From Actinomycetes bacterium (GTDB lineage: Bacteria; Actinomycetota; Thermoleophilia; Gaiellales; Gaiellaceae), in NCBI GenBank assembly GCA_031400835.1, contig JANNQQ010000110.1, positions 1-40,339 on the forward strand: a stretch of DNA of 40,339 nt, written 5' to 3'. Positions 36,207-40,339 of this stretch are shown here, piece by piece. Below the pieces are notes generated by a model. That model worked only from the letters and a program-made list of their open reading frames with translations. It was not told the DNA's origin and did not search any database. Positions within the stretch are counted from its first letter, which is position 1. Every line of letters begins with the position of its first letter. A program made the position numbers and the translations under genes.

Positions 36207-37564
36207 GAAAGCGGCGTTCTTCCAAAGGCAGTGTCGCCTCGGGCGACAATGCCCCCCCGGTCAGGGTTTCGGGGACGGTGGCGATCGTCGGCTACCCGAA
36301 CGTCGGGAAGTCAACGCTCATCAACAGGCTCACCCAGAGCCGCGCCGCGGTTGTTCACGAGACTCCAGGAGTCACGCGCGATCGTAAGGAGCTTCTCTGC
36401 GAGTGGACAGGCACCTGGTTTCGGGTGATCGACACCGGTGGCGTCGACGCCGCCGACGATGGGCCGTTTGGGAAGCACATCGCCGAGCAGGCGAAGATCG
36501 CGATCGCCGAGGCCGACCTTGTCCTCTTCGTTGTCGATGCGCGTGCAGGGATCACTCCGGGCGATGAGGAGCTCGCGACCGTCTTGCGCGTCTCGAAGAA
36601 GCCCGTGATCGTGATTGCGAACAAGCTCGATGACCCACGGCGTGAGCGCGAGGCCGCCGAGTTCCATCGCTTTGGCCTTGGCGATCCGTTCCCACTGTCG
36701 GCTCTTCACGGGCACGGAACCGGCGACCTCCTCGACCTCGTTGTCTCCTCGCTTCCGGGCCGCGACGAGCCCGTCGCCGGAGACGAGTCGATCCGCGTTG
36801 CCATCCTCGGCCGGCCGAACGTCGGGAAGTCTTCCTTGCTCAACGCGCTCGTCGGTCAGAAGCGCGTGATCGTCTCGGACGTTCCTGGCACAACGCGAGA
36901 CACGATCGACACCGTGCTCGAGCGGAATGGACGAACGTTCATCCTCATCGACACCGCCGGACTCAGGCGCAAGCGTCGCCAGCGTCAGGGAATCGACTAC
37001 TACTCGGAGCTGCGGGCCCTCGATGCTGCAGAGAGGGCTGACGTTGCCCTGGTGCTTGTCGATGCCGCCGAAGGGATAGTCGACCAGGACCTCGCTGTGG
37101 CCGACGTCGCCCGCAAAGCCGGTTGCTCAACGCTCATCGTGCTCTCGAAGTGGGACATCGGCGAGACCGACCTTCAAGAGGCGAAGGGTCACCTCAATCG
37201 TATTCTGCGCCAGCGACCGCCGGCTGTAGCCGTTTCGGCGACAACCGGTCGAGGGCTCGTGCGCCTGCTCGATCACGTCGAGGAGCTGTTCGAGAAGCAC
37301 ATCGCGCGCGTGCCCACACCCGAGTTCAACCGTGCCCTCGGTGAGCTCAAGGAGGCACGCCCAGGGCCGACCGGCGAGCGCGGTCGACGCCTGAAGATCC
37401 TCTACGGAACGCAGACCGGCACCCGACCTCCTCGACTACGGGTGTTCGTCAACGACCCCAAGCTCGTCACGCGCGACTACGGGTTCTGGGTTGAGAACGA
37501 GCTTCGCAAGAGGCTTGAGCTCGAGGGTGTTCCGGTCTCGATCGACTTCGTCAAGAGCGAGTAA
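36203..37564 (+). CDS. der: ribosome biogenesis GTPase Der
   Basis: Two GTPase domains (GYPNVGKS/PGVTRD/DTGG/NKLD; GRPNVGKS/GTTRD/DTAG) and a KH-like C-terminus. Confidence 0.97.
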   Translation: MRKRRSSKGSVASGDNAPPVRVSGTVAIVGYPNVGKSTLINRLTQSRAAVVHETPGVTRDRKELLCEWTGTWFRVIDTGGVDAADDGPFGKHIAEQAKIAIAEADLVLFVVDARAGITPGDEELATVLRVSKKPVIVIANKLDDPRREREAAEFHRFGLGDPFPLSALHGHGTGDLLDLVVSSLPGRDEPVAGDESIRVAILGRPNVGKSSLLNALVGQKRVIVSDVPGTTRDTIDTVLERNGRTFILIDTAGLRRKRRQRQGIDYYSELRALDAAERADVALVLVDAAEGIVDQDLAVADVARKAGCSTLIVLSKWDIGETDLQEAKGHLNRILRQRPPAVAVSATTGRGLVRLLDHVEELFEKHIARVPTPEFNRALGELKEARPGPTGERGRRLKILYGTQTGTRPPRLRVFVNDPKLVTRDYGFWVENELRKRLELEGVPVSIDFVKSE

Positions 37565-37594
37565 CCGTCTGAGTAGCGTCAGCGTCTGACCAGC

Positions 37595-38554
37595 ATGCGA
37601 ATCGTGATCCTTGGTGGGGGTGCGTGGGGTACAGCGTTTGCGACCGTGCTGCGCGACAGCGGGCACGAGCAGGTCGTGTTGGCGTGTCACGGCGCCGCTC
37701 AGGCCACTCTCGTCGCGGCGGCAGGACGCAACGATCGCTATCTCCCTGGCGTCGACCTTCACGGGATTGAGATCTCGACTCTCGGCGAAGCGCCGATTGA
37801 AGGCGCCAACCTCGTTGTGGTTGCGGTACCAAGCGCGGCGTTTGCCGAGGTGGTGCGGGATCTGCCAGGGAGAGCTCCAGTACTGTCGCTCACGAAGGGT
37901 CTCGATCCAGGTTCAGGTGAGCGCCTCTCGAGCCTTGTGACCGGGAGACCCGTCGCGGTGCTCTCCGGGCCGAACATCGCCGGTGAGATCGCGCGCGGGC
38001 TTCCCGCCGCAGCGGTTGTCGCGTGCGAGAGCCTTCCGCTGGCTGTCCAACTTCAGCTCGCGATCAACTCCAGCGCCTTCCGCGTCTACGCGAGCGACGA
38101 CGTGGTCGGTGTTGAGCTGTGCGCGGCCGCGAAGAACGTCATTGCGCTCGCAGCTGGTGGCGCCGACGGCCTCGGGCTCGGCGACAACGCGAAGGCAGCC
38201 TTGGTGGCTCGTGGGCTCGCAGAGATGGGACGTCTGGCAGATAGCGCAGGCGCTAAACCCGAGACGTTTTCAGGGCTCGCGGGTATGGGGGATCTCATCG
38301 TCTCGTGCTGGTCGCCGTCCGCCCGCAACCGCCGCTGCGGCGAGCTGGTGGCGCAAGGGTCGACGCCGGCCGAGGCGGTCGCGCTCATCGGTCACGTGGT
38401 CGAGGGACTAACGACCGCGCCCGTCCTCCGTGACCTCGCGCACCGGCTTGGCATCGAGATGCCAATCGCGGAGGGTGTCTGCACCGTCCTCGGTGGTGTG
38501 TCCCTCGGCGACCTCGTGAGCACGCTCATGGGTCGCGAGCCGACTGTCGAGTAG
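37595..38554 (+). CDS. gpsA: NAD(P)H-dependent glycerol-3-phosphate dehydrogenase
   Basis: GGGAWGTA, TKG, LSGPN.A.E, KNVIALA.G, GL.GMGDL, RN, EG. Confidence 0.95.
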   Translation: MRIVILGGGAWGTAFATVLRDSGHEQVVLACHGAAQATLVAAAGRNDRYLPGVDLHGIEISTLGEAPIEGANLVVVAVPSAAFAEVVRDLPGRAPVLSLTKGLDPGSGERLSSLVTGRPVAVLSGPNIAGEIARGLPAAAVVACESLPLAVQLQLAINSSAFRVYASDDVVGVELCAAAKNVIALAAGGADGLGLGDNAKAALVARGLAEMGRLADSAGAKPETFSGLAGMGDLIVSCWSPSARNRRCGELVAQGSTPAEAVALIGHVVEGLTTAPVLRDLAHRLGIEMPIAEGVCTVLGGVSLGDLVSTLMGREPTVE

Positions 38555-38755
38555 GGCGTCACAACGGCATCCCCGGGGGGGATATCAACCTGGTTTGGAC
38601 GGGAAACAGCCCGAAGTCTCAGCCGCTCCGCGGGTCAGTTGGAGGAGGAGAACGCCACAGTATCCCGACCGTTCCGGTCGCTCGGTCGTAGCCGCCTCGC
38701 GAGTCGCCCGGGGCCGGGCGCCGGTTTCAGCGCGCATGGCTAAGCTTCCCCCGCA

Positions 38756-40000
38756 ATGGCGAAGCGAAACTTTCAATTCACGTCGGAGTCGGTGACTGAG
38801 GGTCATCCCGACAAGATCGCTGACCAGATTTCCGATCGGGTGCTCGACGCTGTCCTCGCGGATGACCCCGCGGGGCGGGTCGCCTGCGAGACGCTCATCA
38901 CTACCGGCCTGGTTGTTGTGGCGGGTGAGATCTCGACCGACACGTACGTCGATGTTCGTTCGCTCGTGCGCGCGACCATTGCCGAGATCGGGTACACGCG
39001 GGCGAAGTACGGGTTTGATGCTGAGACGTGCGGGGTGATGGTCGCGATCGATGATCAGTCGGCCGACATCGCGCAGGGGGTTGACGAGTCGTTCGAGGCC
39101 CAGCAGGGCGACGGGGATCCGATCGACCGGATCGGTGCCGGTGATCAGGGGATGATGTTCGGCTATGCGACGCGTGAGACGGAGGAGCTGATGCCGCTTC
39201 CGATCATGCTGGCGCACAAGCTGGCGAAGCGGCTCTCTGAGGTGCGCAAGTCGGACGTGTTGCCGTACCTGCGGCCTGATGGGAAATCGCAGGTGACGGT
39301 GCGATACGAGGTGGATGAGCATGGCCATCAGCGGCCGGTGGAGATCGTGAGCTTGTTGATCTCGACGCAGCATCGTGACGGGGTTGACGCGGCGACGACC
39401 ATCAAGCCGGATCTGCTCGAGCACGTGGTCGGGCCGATCCTCCACGCGGAGTATGAGGGCCTGTTCGATCCGGCGCGGTTGGCCGACAAGGACTTCTTCT
39501 ACGTGAACCCGACTGGAAAGTTCGTGATCGGTGGCCCGATGGGCGACACCGGGTTGACGGGTCGCAAGATCATCGTTGACACGTATGGGGGTGCGGCGCC
39601 ACACGGTGGTGGCGCGTTCTCGGGGAAGGATCCAACAAAGGTCGATCGCTCAGCGGCCTATGCGGCCCGGTACGTCGCAAAGAACGTGGTTGCGGCGGGC
39701 CTCGCGGATCGTTGCCAGGTACAGGTGTCCTACGCGATCGGCGTTGCGAAGCCGATGAGTGTGCTCATCGATTGCTTCGACACCGAGACGATCACGCTCT
39801 CACGCATCGAGGCGCTCGTCGGGGAACACTTCGATCTGCGTCCGGGCGCAATCGTTCGCGACCTCGACCTCCGACGGCCGATCTATCGCAAGACCGCCGC
39901 CTACGGGCACTTCGGACGCGACGACCCCGACTTCACCTGGGAGCGCACCGACAAGGCCGACCTCCTCCGCAACGTCGCCGGCATTGCAGCAGTAGCCTGA
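38756..40000 (+). CDS. metK: S-adenosylmethionine synthase
   Basis: [42 protein letters not shown]. Confidence 0.98.
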   Translation: MAKRNFQFTSESVTEGHPDKIADQISDRVLDAVLADDPAGRVACETLITTGLVVVAGEISTDTYVDVRSLVRATIAEIGYTRAKYGFDAETCGVMVAIDDQSADIAQGVDESFEAQQGDGDPIDRIGAGDQGMMFGYATRETEELMPLPIMLAHKLAKRLSEVRKSDVLPYLRPDGKSQVTVRYEVDEHGHQRPVEIVSLLISTQHRDGVDAATTIKPDLLEHVVGPILHAEYEGLFDPARLADKDFFYVNPTGKFVIGGPMGDTGLTGRKIIVDTYGGAAPHGGGAFSGKDPTKVDRSAAYAARYVAKNVVAAGLADRCQVQVSYAIGVAKPMSVLIDCFDTETITLSRIEALVGEHFDLRPGAIVRDLDLRRPIYRKTAAYGHFGRDDPDFTWERTDKADLLRNVAGIAAVA

Positions 40001-40002
40001 CC

Positions 40003-40339
40003 TTGCTCTCACGAGAGATCCCGCTTGACCCGAACGTCTCCTGCGTGTTGTTCATCGACGTGCAGAACTTCGCAGCCAAGCGCGAGGGTGCAGACTTCAA
40101 GGAGCTTCCCGCTGCGGAAGTTGAGCGCCGGTACGGCTGGTTCTTCGGCGAGCTCGAGGCGCGTGTCATTCCGAACATGCAGCGATTGCAGGCGGTCACG
40201 CGGGCGGCAGGGGTTGAGGTGCTCTACACGACAATCGAGAGCCTGACCAGGGACGGTCGCGATCGCAGCCTCGACTACAAGATCACCGACTTCAACGTTC
40301 CGAAGGGCTCGTGGGACGGCAAGGTGATTGACGAGTCCG
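40003..40339 (+). CDS. isochorismatase/cysteine hydrolase family protein (3' truncated by window)
   Basis: TTG 40003 gives MLSREIPLDP...VLFIDVQN...IPNMQRL...R..G.EV.YT......DRSLDYK...GSWDG. Not in the ORF track because it has no stop in the window. Confidence 0.8.
   Translation, partial: MLSREIPLDPNVSCVLFIDVQNFAAKREGADFKELPAAEVERRYGWFFGELEARVIPNMQRLQAVTRAAGVEVLYTTIESLTRDGRDRSLDYKITDFNVPKGSWDGKVIDES

Noticed and set aside
38555-38755. SAM riboswitch upstream of metK
   Set aside because: No SAM-I/IV core motifs were recognised, and TAAGCT 9 nt before the ATG suggests a near-leaderless transcript. An Rfam scan would settle it.
9102-39604. Long antisense ORFs (e.g. 9102..10541, 12757..13848, 26531..27535, 28156..29322, 38585..39604)
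   Set aside because: They overlap well-supported genes on the opposite strand. Such shadow ORFs are expected in high-GC DNA.

Overview
High-GC chromosomal segment, probably from a deep-branching actinobacterium (Thermoleophilia/Gaiellales-like; inferred from gene style and order, not tested). The backbone is housekeeping: partial lhr, parA-ftsZ, ggt, recX, dnaE, lgt-scpA-scpB, rluB, trpS, class II DAHP synthase-tyrA-aroA-cmk-plsC-der-gpsA, metK. Two things stand out. (1) Directly after dnaE (about 15.77-20.3 kb), six unrelated single-gene units are separated by directly repeated copies of an ungapped ~31-bp site (consensus GTGACATTCCCnnnCACTGGCGCAGGCGAGC). The site is built like a tyrosine-recombinase/dif-type core, suggesting an integron-like cassette array; no recombinase is present in the window. 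(2) A ParA/Soj ATPase gene overlaps an ftsZ outside any dcw cluster, and this FtsZ has a ~168-aa N-terminal extension starting with a possible ParA-binding peptide. Also present: a Prx-TrxB-glutaredoxin-GGDEF block with a sigma28-type promoter, a REP-like doublet, a decayed Phd-like antitoxin and many apparently leaderless promoters. No rRNA, tRNA, CRISPR array or transposase was recognised. All calls come from reading the sequence by eye.
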